A DNA stretch of 64,000 nucleotides from Lepidodermella squamata. Taxonomy: Eukaryota; Animalia; Gastrotricha. The notes under the pieces were generated by a model that saw only the letters and a list, made by a program, of their open reading frames with translations, ran no database searches and was not told the origin of the DNA. The translations under genes and the position numbers were made by a program. The stretch spans positions 2,108,001 through 2,172,000 of the forward strand of contig JBLDXI010000013.1 of assembly GCA_047495785.1 (NCBI GenBank), in the 5' to 3' direction. Within the stretch, counting starts at the first letter, position 1, and each line of letters opens with the position of its first letter. Below are positions 36,446-45,923 of this stretch, in pieces.

Positions 36446-37192
36446 ATGAGTCTGAGCCCGATTTTCTTACCACTAGAGTATCTTTCAAATAATCGAAGTT
36501 CTCGAAATAACACCATCGACCGATACCTCAATGATAAAATAGACTTCACTGGAAGACGAATTGCAGTTAGTTATATTCATTTCAGCGATACGTTTCACAA
36601 CGTTTCTGCTCGTTATGGTAATAATATATTGGAATACTCGCTAAATGACGACATTTATGAAGTAGTTTTCCCCGATGGGACTTACACCTTTCAAGATTTT
36701 AACAATTACCTGCATTTTCAGATGAAGTTGAACGGCCATTTCACTGTTGACAACGCAAGAGGAGTAGACATTTTTGGCATAAATATAAGTGTCAACACCG
36801 TTTTCAGTTGCGTAAGTGTGAGGATTTTAGAAAATTATTCTTTGATAGTAGAAACTGAAGCTATGGCCCGGTTTCTCGGGGTCAACATAGGCTCATATGA
36901 GCGCGATTTCAATTCCCAAAACGTCCCTGATGTGACTATGGGGCTGGATACAATGTTTGTTCATTGCTCCGTGGTTAATAATAGCGTCATCCCCGAATAC
37001 AACACGGTGATTTTTACTTGCCCTATAAACAAAAAATTTGGGGAACACGTCAACTACATCCCGAACGAGAAAAGGTTCCTAATGTGCACAAACGCGAACA
37101 CGCAGAATATTCGGGTCTGGCTCACCAATCAAGAAGGAAACGAGATTTACTTTGTGGAAAATAGGTGGGGGATAGGTATAGATATAATCTAG
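36446..37192 (+). CDS. Minor capsid protein (penton, single jelly-roll)
   Basis: 248 aa, beta-rich; FPDGTYTFQDFNNYL, FVHCSVV, IRVWLTNQEG motifs typical of Polinton penton. Confidence 0.8.
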   Translation: MSLSPIFLPLEYLSNNRSSRNNTIDRYLNDKIDFTGRRIAVSYIHFSDTFHNVSARYGNNILEYSLNDDIYEVVFPDGTYTFQDFNNYLHFQMKLNGHFTVDNARGVDIFGINISVNTVFSCVSVRILENYSLIVETEAMARFLGVNIGSYERDFNSQNVPDVTMGLDTMFVHCSVVNNSVIPEYNTVIFTCPINKKFGEHVNYIPNEKRFLMCTNANTQNIRVWLTNQEGNEIYFVENRWGIGIDII

Positions 37193-37216
37193 TGCTTATC
37201 TAGTTATTGCTGAATT

Positions 37217-37519
37217 ATGAATAATCGAAAAAGAAAGCGCGTTTACATTTCTGGTCGAGGATTCGTCGATGTTGGTAGAAACATTTTATCCAAAATAATA
37301 GCAGTATCAACTGAACCAGCCCAAAATTTTGTCAAAGCAGCGCTGAAATCTGGTTCAGAAGCTGCAGGAGATAAAGTTGGAAGTTTCGTAGCAACAAAAT
37401 TGACTGAAAAAGCGCTGCCTAGTCATGAAACAACTAATCTTAAAGCCATAGAGGAGCTCGAACGCAAAATTAAAAATAATATAAATTCATACTCAGGCTC
37501 TGGATTCAAAAAAATCTAA
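37217..37519 (+). CDS. Small basic virion core-like protein
   Basis: RKRKR N-terminus; GxG sites ISGRG/F and YSGSG/F; directly upstream of the capsid gene. Confidence 0.6.
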   Translation: MNNRKRKRVYISGRGFVDVGRNILSKIIAVSTEPAQNFVKAALKSGSEAAGDKVGSFVATKLTEKALPSHETTNLKAIEELERKIKNNINSYSGSGFKKI

Positions 37520-37533
37520 TCCTTTGGTAAATT

Positions 37534-38913
37534 ATGCTTCAACAAGAGATTGTCAATAACCTCTTTGAGACTACTGAAATTCAAGATCGGGTCTTTGAGA
37601 AAAAGACATGGACGGAAACGCCAGCACAGAATTTCACTCAAGATCAAAATTCACAACCCTCGAAATTAATATTTTCCAGCTACAACCTAAAAGACAATTA
37701 TTTACTAGTCAGAGAGGGGTACTTGGAGTTTAATTTGCAAATTAAAAGGAAGAATGGAGCCGCGTTCGTGAATACTGACAAGTATGCCATTCGGAATCAC
37801 GTGTTGAGCCTGTTTGACAATATTGAAGTTCAAATATCGGATTCAGATCACAAAATCGAGGAGCTGCGGTTCCTCGAACATTGGGCGAACATCAATTTTC
37901 TTTTGAAATGGAGTCCTGATTACGCCAATAGTTTAGGGGAAGAAGTGTTGTTTTCGAAAGACTGTCCGTTGGCTTTAGGAAGCACAACGCTAATTGCTGA
38001 TGTGTCGGCTGACACTTTCGATGCATCGAAAGCTGCAGCTAACAAGGGTTTGATAACGCGAAGCAGCTATGTTAAATCTACTGAGGCCACCGTCACTTTA
38101 TATCTGAAAGACTTGCCATTTTTCGATTCGTATCATGGAATTGTTACGAAGTCTCGATTTAGGATCATTCTCACTCCGAACTATAATCGGCCTTTGGTTT
38201 ATGTGATTACCGCGGCTGATACAGGTACGCCTGAAGGATTAACCTATCATTTCAATCGAGCTAATATGTACATCCCAGAGGTAACACTAATGAACCAACA
38301 GAAACTTTCAATAATGAAAAAGTTCAACGAGGGATTCACCAAAATTCATAAATGGATATCAATCGATCCATATCAGTCCAGCCAATTTGCTGCAAATACC
38401 ACGAATATTCAGTACACAATCAGCACTGAAATAAGGAAACCAAATTGGGTGTATATTGTGCTTTGTCCCGATTACTCAGACGAGGAATATCCGAAGAAAC
38501 TCACGCAGATATATAACACGTGGAACGTTACTTCATATTCCCTTTTGATTAATAACAAAGAAGCCTTTAATGAATCCAATGTTTCTTTTGCCAAGCTGAA
38601 AGCTCACCGGTTATACAATTACATAAAACAGAATATGCATCAGAACAGCGATAGGGAAAGTCTGAATACAGGATGTCAGATTTCGTACATGGAATTTTGC
38701 AACTTGTACAGAATTCTTTGCTTTTGCTTGGACGACGTAGATGCGACTTCCATTTACAATTCTCGAGCAGATAACACTGTTTCTGTAGTATTCAAAGCGA
38801 CAGTCGGTGCGGTGAATAAGCCTTTTGTGATTTATTCGTTCATTGAGAGGGAAAAAGAGATATGCTTCAACTACAAGCAGGACTCTGTTGACATCAGTCT
38901 TACCAGCGTCTAA
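37534..38913 (+). CDS. Major capsid protein (double jelly-roll)
   Basis: 459 aa, beta-rich; LSLFDNIEVQI, KPNWVYIV, F..LYRILCFCL motifs; size and position typical of Polinton MCP. Confidence 0.8.
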   Translation: MLQQEIVNNLFETTEIQDRVFEKKTWTETPAQNFTQDQNSQPSKLIFSSYNLKDNYLLVREGYLEFNLQIKRKNGAAFVNTDKYAIRNHVLSLFDNIEVQISDSDHKIEELRFLEHWANINFLLKWSPDYANSLGEEVLFSKDCPLALGSTTLIADVSADTFDASKAAANKGLITRSSYVKSTEATVTLYLKDLPFFDSYHGIVTKSRFRIILTPNYNRPLVYVITAADTGTPEGLTYHFNRANMYIPEVTLMNQQKLSIMKKFNEGFTKIHKWISIDPYQSSQFAANTTNIQYTISTEIRKPNWVYIVLCPDYSDEEYPKKLTQIYNTWNVTSYSLLINNKEAFNESNVSFAKLKAHRLYNYIKQNMHQNSDRESLNTGCQISYMEFCNLYRILCFCLDDVDATSIYNSRADNTVSVVFKATVGAVNKPFVIYSFIEREKEICFNYKQDSVDISLTSV

Positions 38914-38938
38914 TGCAAAATTTCTAATCTAGCGATAA

Positions 38939-39568
38939 ATGAGCCACAAGTATTTCGAATATGAATTGCCTCTGACAGATGGTCAGCTGGAGAAACTCCA
39001 GGGTGCGGTAAAGAACAAAAAGTCAATAACACTGAAATTCAGCAAACAGGTCATTAGTCAGAAGGACAATTTACGAAAGTTGATGCTTACTCAAACTCAA
39101 ATAAACAAAGTAGAGAAGCACAAAGCCAACGACACCGGTATTCAATTGAAGCTTAGTTTATCGCAACTGAAGAAAAATCAATCAGGCGGCCTACTTCCCA
39201 TCCTGCCCATACTTGCGAAAGCCGCAACGATTGCTGCACCTTTAGCCCTAAGCGCTGTATCAGGGCTGATAAATGGTGCAACCAACGCGATCGGTAACAA
39301 ATTAGCGGGGAGAGGCGTAAACGAGACCACCGTACAACTATCAGTTCCCAAACAGGATTTGAATGAACTAGTCAGAATGGTCGATATGTTAGAGAATAAG
39401 AATTTATTGCCACTGGGCAGTAAACTTTCGATTGATCGCGATATTGAGCAAAAGGGAGGCTCATTCGTGGTCCCACTAGTTGCTAGCCTTCTAGGGACAT
39501 TTTTACCTACATTGTTCAAGGCGAATCAGGGAAGTGGGGTTTATTTACCATGGGAGTCAAAAAACTAG
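38939..39568 (+). CDS. Putative protease-processed membrane-active virion protein
   Basis: GG sites followed by amphipathic/hydrophobic helices: QSGG/LLPILPILAK, QKGG/SFVVPLVASLLG; GxG sites LAGRG/V and NQGSG/V. Confidence 0.65.
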   Translation: MSHKYFEYELPLTDGQLEKLQGAVKNKKSITLKFSKQVISQKDNLRKLMLTQTQINKVEKHKANDTGIQLKLSLSQLKKNQSGGLLPILPILAKAATIAAPLALSAVSGLINGATNAIGNKLAGRGVNETTVQLSVPKQDLNELVRMVDMLENKNLLPLGSKLSIDRDIEQKGGSFVVPLVASLLGTFLPTLFKANQGSGVYLPWESKN

Positions 39569-39999
39569 GGCGTTTCTTCCCACTTTCGAATTCGGACATT
39601 GACAAAATGATGTACTCGAGAGTTTGGAAGAAGTACAACGGATGTTACCCAAGGCATCTCTTGCCCCTAAATTTGAAGAATGGATACTATGTAATCAACT
39701 TGGATGACTTTGGAGGGGGAACGCATTGGGTAGGAATGCAGGTAACTGATAAGGAAATAATTTATTTCGACAGCTTTGGCTTCGTTTGCCCTAATGAAGT
39801 CATGGAGAGGCGAAGTAATCGCGACATTTGGTATTCCACTCATGAAATTCAGCACTCAAAAAGTGTGGCGTGCGGTTTCTATGTAGTTTACTTCCTGTCT
39901 GAGCTGGCGAAAAAACGCAATAAGCTGGAAATTCTCCTTGATTTCACGAATGACGGGTCCATTATGAATGATAACAGGCTGAAAGATCTAATGTTTTAG
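39550..39999 (+). CDS. Adenain-like cysteine maturation protease
   Basis: GTHWV, YFDSFG, Q...SVACG (His/Asp/Gln/Cys catalytic set). Confidence 0.9.
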   Translation: MGVKKLGRFFPLSNSDIDKMMYSRVWKKYNGCYPRHLLPLNLKNGYYVINLDDFGGGTHWVGMQVTDKEIIYFDSFGFVCPNEVMERRSNRDIWYSTHEIQHSKSVACGFYVVYFLSELAKKRNKLEILLDFTNDGSIMNDNRLKDLMF

Positions 40000-40005
40000 C
40001 AAAAT

Positions 40006-40149
40006 ATGTACTGTTTGAAGTGCAAGACGCATACTGAAAATTTGAACGAACAAAGAAAAGTTACGGAAAACAAGCGAGTAATTATAGTAAGCAATTGTCA
40101 AATTTGCGGCTCTAAGAAGAGCCAATTTATGAAAGCACTTAGAGCCTAA
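40006..40149 (+). CDS. 47-aa zinc-ribbon protein (DUF5679-like), below the ORF-track cutoff
   Basis: MYCLKCKTHTENLNEQRKVTENKRVIIVSNCQICGSKKSQFMKALRA*; two CxxC pairs; fills the gap between protease and the next ORF. Confidence 0.7.
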   Translation: MYCLKCKTHTENLNEQRKVTENKRVIIVSNCQICGSKKSQFMKALRA

Positions 40150-40171
40150 AGTAATAAGTGCTTTCCTGATT

Positions 40172-40654
40172 ATGGATGAAGAATTCGAATATTGCCTCTC
40201 TCTTCTAGCCGAAATCGAAAACAAGAGTGTGAAATGCCATTCGAAAACAGAATGTGAGCTCTGCTCATCACTTTTGCTAATTGATCACCATCTTTACATC
40301 AATTTTTGTCCTAAATGTGCTATCGTTTATCCTTTTACAGATTATTATCAAAGGGTTAGGCGCTCTCCACCTTACAGGCGAAAATGGCACCTAATGGCCA
40401 AAATCAGAAAATTGGGACTAGTTCTGAAATGGTATGAGCTCGATAACATCATGACCCACTTTAAGAAAATAGATAAGCTCTATTCCATGAAATTTCCTGG
40501 TAAAAACATGGTCAACGTAGAATTTGTGCTTAAGTACGTTTCGCTGAAGCTCGGTTACGAAAACGTTGCGAATAAAATCACTCTGAACCGTTCTAAGGAT
40601 GCGATTTTACGTTGGCATGAAAAATTAAATCTAATCAGTACTCAGTTGAAATGA
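40172..40654 (+). CDS. VLTF3-like (poxvirus A2-type) late transcription factor
   Basis: Zn ribbon CELC...CPKC followed by PYRRKWHL and KNMVNVEFVL segments resembling the VLTF3 Y.R..H and KNF.NY..VL motifs. Confidence 0.65.
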   Translation: MDEEFEYCLSLLAEIENKSVKCHSKTECELCSSLLLIDHHLYINFCPKCAIVYPFTDYYQRVRRSPPYRRKWHLMAKIRKLGLVLKWYELDNIMTHFKKIDKLYSMKFPGKNMVNVEFVLKYVSLKLGYENVANKITLNRSKDAILRWHEKLNLISTQLK

Positions 40655-41364
40655 AATCTAGTTCAATTTTTATTCCCAGCGAATGGTCGGGAGGCCTGAA
40701 TGGATCCGATTTATATCTTCGCGCTGACGGGAAAAAAGGGCTCATGGGAAATTTAAATGCAAATAATTACAAACTTGAAAATCTCGGTCGTCCGATTTTC
40801 GAAAATGACGCAGCATCGAAATCTTGGGTGGAAGAGAATACTCTCAATGAAAATGAATCCAGGCAGCTGATCGAATCATACAAGCCTTTGAAGTATGCTG
40901 ATGACAGAACCATCGACATGAATGGCGGTCGAATAACAAACGTGGCATACCCTGTAGGTCTTTTTGACGTAGTCAACAAGCAATACGTTGACGGGCAGGT
41001 ATTTACAGGCTTCGGCGAAAGTCATGTAGATGGCCGTACGCAAATGGCGGTAACCAGGGTTATAAACCACACTTTGATGGTTCAAATTAATGACGAATTG
41101 TCTTTTCTCGAAAATATCCTGGCTAATATGCAATTTTGGTTTAGAATTTGGGGAAGCGTTTCATCAGGTTGCACTTGTGATTTCATGAAAAATGGCAGTG
41201 TCCTAATTTCGAAATCTTTTTCATTCGATTACGACGCGATCCGGAATATAGCCGAATACTGTACTTTCGTAGAACAGTTTGAAAAAGGTGACACTTTCAA
41301 CATTTTGATGTCTTCCAGCAAACCTATGACTGTTGAATTTTACTTGAAAATATCTAATTTTTGA
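40651..41364 (+). CDS. Putative fibre / receptor-binding protein
   Basis: Two repeats of (L/I)(N/D)xNxx(K/R)(L/I)xN(L/V)xxP....D(A/V)xxKx(W/Y)V(E/D), as in phage-fibre and trimeric-adhesin stalks, then a beta-rich head. Confidence 0.65.
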   Translation: MKSSSIFIPSEWSGGLNGSDLYLRADGKKGLMGNLNANNYKLENLGRPIFENDAASKSWVEENTLNENESRQLIESYKPLKYADDRTIDMNGGRITNVAYPVGLFDVVNKQYVDGQVFTGFGESHVDGRTQMAVTRVINHTLMVQINDELSFLENILANMQFWFRIWGSVSSGCTCDFMKNGSVLISKSFSFDYDAIRNIAEYCTFVEQFEKGDTFNILMSSSKPMTVEFYLKISNF

Positions 41365-41370
41365 TAAACG

Positions 41371-41988
41371 ATGAATAGCAGTGATACACAAGTTAACGTG
41401 CGAGCTGATAATAGTCATATTTATCCGAGCGCACCACGCTTATCATTTCCGAGTTCGCCGGTGCAAGAATTCAGGCTTTCAGAACTGCGGCGCCTGAAAG
41501 AATTATTGGACAAAGAGATGGAAATGAGGTACAAACTATACAGAAAATATAAAAAATGGGCTAAAATCTGTTCAAAATTAAACACAGGTTTAACTGGCGT
41601 ATCAATCTTGACAGGAATCGGCGGAATTGGTGTCCTTACAACTGTTGCCGGAATTCCTATCGCAGTTATCCTAGAAGGAGTTGCCCTCGGCGGAGGGGTT
41701 CTTAGCGTAGTTGTGAATGCTACTGCGAGTGCCTTGGAAGATAAAGCACAAAAGCACGAACGATTATGCACTCTGGCGTCTTCTAAGCTGAACTCAATGG
41801 GTGATATGATCGCAAAAGCTTTAGAGGACGGAAACATCACTGAAACTGAATATAATATGATAATAAAAGAGCATGAGAAGTATATTGACATGAAATTCAA
41901 CCTCAAAACGTCGCTTCAGTCAACTTTCCCTAACAATTTCCGCAGCGAACTCTTGGAGAAAATAAATAGGTTAGAGCGGAAAAAATAA
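41371..41988 (+). CDS. Coiled-coil two-TM membrane protein with PSAP motif
   Basis: IYPSAP near the N-terminus; Gly-rich hydrophobic hairpin LTGVSILTGIGGIGVL...GVALGGGVLSVVV; flanking helices. Confidence 0.7.
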   Translation: MNSSDTQVNVRADNSHIYPSAPRLSFPSSPVQEFRLSELRRLKELLDKEMEMRYKLYRKYKKWAKICSKLNTGLTGVSILTGIGGIGVLTTVAGIPIAVILEGVALGGGVLSVVVNATASALEDKAQKHERLCTLASSKLNSMGDMIAKALEDGNITETEYNMIIKEHEKYIDMKFNLKTSLQSTFPNNFRSELLEKINRLERKK

Positions 41989-42287
41989 ACTGCAGGCGAG
42001 CTCAATAGGTCTAAATGTATTGATGATATGTTTTTTCATATTTTGTTAATGAGAGGCGAAGCGTTTCTGATCTATCATTCACTCGCTTGCTTTCCCAAGA
42101 ACTTTCACTCCAGTGTACCCCACTCGTACTTATCAATTCTTTTCACCCGTTAAATAGGTTGAATAGGGTAGCTAATGGTGTTGCTATTGGCTACAGGATT
42201 CTCAGTACAGAAGTTGCTTTCTCATTCCGTGCTCATTTTGCTATTTGAACAATATTTCGCTGTGAGATAAAATATATTACTGAAATT

Positions 42288-42906
42288 ATGTACTGCATAA
42301 TCTTACTGGTAGTTCTTGTACAGTTAGTAAGTACAAGCTCTGGTTTCAGTTGCCTGAACGGTTCGACTACAGATGCTACGACAGTTGGAGGATGTGGTCA
42401 ATGCGCTGTAAGAATAGGATATTCATTAAAGAGCTTTCTTCTAAATGTCATGCTTGCAGGTTTCTGTAACCATCTCACGACCTTCGAAAGGCTCCGAAAT
42501 AAAATTTGCCTACAATTGCATCCTAGCCACCTATGTACCAACATGTATAGAAAGTCGGACTAAATATCCTGTGGTTACAGAAGAGATAAATTATGATGAC
42601 CCTGGATGGGCTTTATTCTGTGTCTGTTGTTCCGCAGGGTGTTCAAATAGCAACGACTTTTGCAACCCTACAGCAACGCTGTTAGATACCAGAATTACGG
42701 CTTCGAACTCCTACACACCTTCTTGGCTCGCTTGGAGCGATGCAAAATTGCAGAGTCAATGGACTGCATGGGCGTCTTCCGCGTGGTCCCGCTCCGGTTG
42801 GTCGACAAGTTGGTCGACCAGCTGGTCGTCGTCTACCCCAAAGTCCACGGGTATAAAAACTAAGGCCACAGTGATCACTGTGATTATGACACTATTTTCA
42901 TTCTAA
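42288..42906 (+). CDS. Spliced Ly6/uPAR three-finger-like GPI-anchored protein (exons 42288-42407 and 42460-42906, 188 aa)
   Basis: 52-bp phase-0 GTAAGA...TTGCAG intron joins two ORFs in frame; signal peptide, 10 mature Cys ending CVCC...C......CN, W/S/T-rich stalk, hydrophobic C-terminal tail. Confidence 0.65.
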
Positions 42907-44809
42907 ACCATTTATGAAGCGAATCATGCCTCTGTATTTCTTCTATTCAGCTCATTTGCATATGCACAGACTTGGAAGAAAATTGATTAAAATAAAAGGA
43001 AACCTTAATTTCTTTTGTAAGGTGTGCTCACGTCTTCCCATTTTTTAGCATCGAATACCCCCCATTACACTGAAATTGTTCCCTCATTCGCGAACGTGCA
43101 ACTGTCATAACTTATCTTCCCAGCAATTTATAACTCACTAATTATTTATTCAAAACGTCCTTGAAATATTTTGCCAATTTCCATGGTCAGGCTCGAATTG
43201 CCAAAAAGGACGTAAGCCGTCAAGTGGCCTAGCTCCGGCAATTCCTATCTGCTCGAATGTACAACTTACAAGATTGCCGTCACTTCAATCGACAGCAATA
43301 CTGGTCCCATCTCCGAAGACTGCTGCCTCGAATTGGCTCCTGGTGAAGATAAAACCGCTGTAGAGTGCGAATCTACATGATCAGCTTTCAATGTTGCATG
43401 TGGGAAGGTAGCTGATTTAATAAAAGCGTCTTCTAGCAGTACGTTAAATCACCAGGTGGAGCGGTTTGCTCTGAGGCTAATACGAAACCCATATGTAGCT
43501 TCGGAGATGGGCATACAGCGAACCTTCGAAGATCGAGTAAATCCTTAGGTAGAAAAAAGTAAGAAAATGAATAAAATGAATACGCTGATAATCATGAAAA
43601 ATAAACGCGTTTTTCTTTAATAAAAATAATGAAATTGCAAAGTAAAAAAGGCGTAGTAGTAATCCGCGTCACGACGGAAAAGAGAATTTGTTTTTCCTTC
43701 GGGCACATGGACAAGACACATGGACTTCGTAAACAATAGTGAAGATCCGGGCTTCATTTTGCCGAATTTTGATTCGAAAGCTACTAGCATGTTTTAAGCT
43801 GAGTTTTGGAAGTTTGAATAGATTCTTTTTAACCGAAGGTGGCAAGCACGGCTCAATTTCAGATATTTTCAGTAATTATTGAGGTTTCAGGTGATGTGGA
43901 TTGTCAGACCTAGCTCTATATTATCTACTGTAAATACAATTCCGTTTTTTGATTAAATACAGTTTTTAGGCGATAAATTTCAGTTGCCATCTAACTGCTC
44001 CTAAAATGTATAGAGGGATCTAACCCTATTACTCTTTCCGGCCAGCAATTCGATAATTCATGGCATCGCTATTGATTTCAAATTAAAGCAACAGCTGATC
44101 GAAAATTGGCATGTCCAAAAATTTTGATCACTGACAACAACGTTGAACAAATTATTCTAAAATGAATAAGAACGGTATCTTTTCCTCAAACCTGTTCTAA
44201 TCTCTTGAATTCTGGAATTATTCTGAATCTCTGCGTAGAAAACGGGGTGAATTGTATAGGTCAAATTAGAACGAATTTTTGTCTCGATTCAATATTGAGC
44301 TTTATTCCATTAGCCAAGCTATTTTAGTTGCTATTTTTTTGCTATTTTCAACGTGGCCTTTTACCTAAGCCAGGAATTTTTTGGAGCAGCAAGCACATTT
44401 GATATATTATTTCTGTCAATAAATCGCTAATTTCGTATTTAAAGAATCATCATGTCAATAATGATGGTGTTTACTTAGTCTTAGCGAACTCTTGGAGACA
44501 AAAGACAGTGTTTTTCGGTTTCGAAAAATCCAGAAGCAAAGAGTTTATTAGGCTGAAACATTTTTGGAGTCAAATGCTCTATTTTCGCAAATGCTCTATT
44601 TTCGCCATTTTCTCGTTAACCTGTTTTTTTGCCCTGTCTCTTTTTGGGTTGTCTTAATTTGTGCTCTGCCATCTTTTTGCTAGTTCGAGTTAAGACAAAT
44701 CAGACCGGCGGCTCGCTCATAAAATCCGCCGGTATGATTTTAATCCGAACAATGGTCAACACAGTGGCCCACTGATTTTAGGACCAAAGCATAAATAATT
44801 TCAGAGGGG

Positions 44810-44947
44810 TGATGATAGGCCTACATGGGGCTTCGCCCCCAACTGTCCTGTTAACGATTGGTGGCCAGCGCATTCCACAGGTAAATGAGGTGAAATATCT
44901 CGGTATCACGATTACGACGAAACTGTCCTGGGACCGTCATCTGGATT
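44810..44947 (+). mobile_element. Short RT fragment of the same LINE family as 18873-23242
   Basis: Matches ~22017-22148 (HGAS.PTVLLTIGGQR.PQV.EVKYLG.TITTKLSW). Confidence 0.85.
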
Positions 44948-45200
44948 TTTCCAAACCGTCTTTTGTGTCCACGAGTGGTGATGTTACTAAGCTAGACCTA
45001 AGTAAACACCATCATTATTGACATGATGATTCTTTAATGCGTCGTCAAGTTGACAATGCAAGACAAACCCCACGAGTCCTCATTATCCATTCTACTCTGG
45101 GCGTTTAGTATGAGGCTTCTCCGAAATACCGAAAGGATTGCATTAATTGAAAAACCTGTTGTTCCGTGATTATTCAATGTCTTCCTAGATCATTTAGACA

Positions 45201-45671
45201 ATGATTCAATTAACTCTTTATATACTCGTTGCCGCTTTTGCTACCGAGTCATTCGCCCAGCAGAGCAGCGACAGCGGAACTCGTCCAGCAACTGGGAATT
45301 GGAATTCAGCTAATAACGGGCAACGATACCCACCAGTCGGCGCTCCGCCACCTCGTCCGCCGCCTAGCGAGGAGATTCAGCTGAAATGCGGCGCTAAATG
45401 TTTCTGCGACCAGTTATCAACGGGCAGCAACAACAACAACAACGCCGAGCGGTTTTCATCAAGCAGCCGTACAGTGAAATCGGGGCCGCAGGGCAGTGAC
45501 AACAGTCAAAGCGGATCGTCTCGGCCACAAGCTCCTCTGTCCCTGCCGCCTCCTCCGCCTCCACCTGCCCGTCCTCCGCGAGAAGTCACAGAGGCTGCCG
45601 AGTACAATAACAATTCATTCGACCTTCGAACTCGATGCTGGTGCTTTTTCCCGAAAGGAGACGCTTGCTAG
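45201..45671 (+). CDS. Secreted cysteine-clasp family protein (class I), recent duplicate of 1149-1613
   Basis: Protein identical to the 1149 copy from SANNGQRYPP to the stop; differences only near the N-terminus. Confidence 0.85.
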   Translation: MIQLTLYILVAAFATESFAQQSSDSGTRPATGNWNSANNGQRYPPVGAPPPRPPPSEEIQLKCGAKCFCDQLSTGSNNNNNAERFSSSSRTVKSGPQGSDNSQSGSSRPQAPLSLPPPPPPPARPPREVTEAAEYNNNSFDLRTRCWCFFPKGDAC

Positions 45672-45923
45672 GAAAGGTGGAGAAAACATCAGCTAGGCTC
45701 TTTTCATTTCCTTAAGCAAGACAATTGTCCATAACTAGGTATACTAGATGAGGCGTTATTTAGGGCAGTTCATTTTTTGTGATCAAGTGTGATTGTCCTT
45801 TATTGACGTGTCTATTGTCTTCCGCGTTAACGCTCGAATGGTAAGAGTGTGACGAGTAATTTATTGACAGAATAAATAAGGAATAAATCATTTTTCCCAA
45901 CTGGTCAAAATTACGCTATAAGT

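Larger units (their letters stand above)
24806..43253. mobile_element. Complete Polinton/Maverick (adintovirus-like) endogenous dsDNA virus, 18,448 bp
   Basis: 5'-AG...CT-3' termini; TIRs (24806-~25015 / ~43045-43253); 6-bp TSD CGAATG at 24800-24805 and 43254-43259; pPolB, integrase, packaging ATPase, major/minor capsid and protease ORFs all open. Confidence 0.95.

Noticed and set aside
43260-43750. Right-hand continuation and TIR of the MULE
   Set aside because: Plausible by position, but I found no diagnostic motif or matching left TIR
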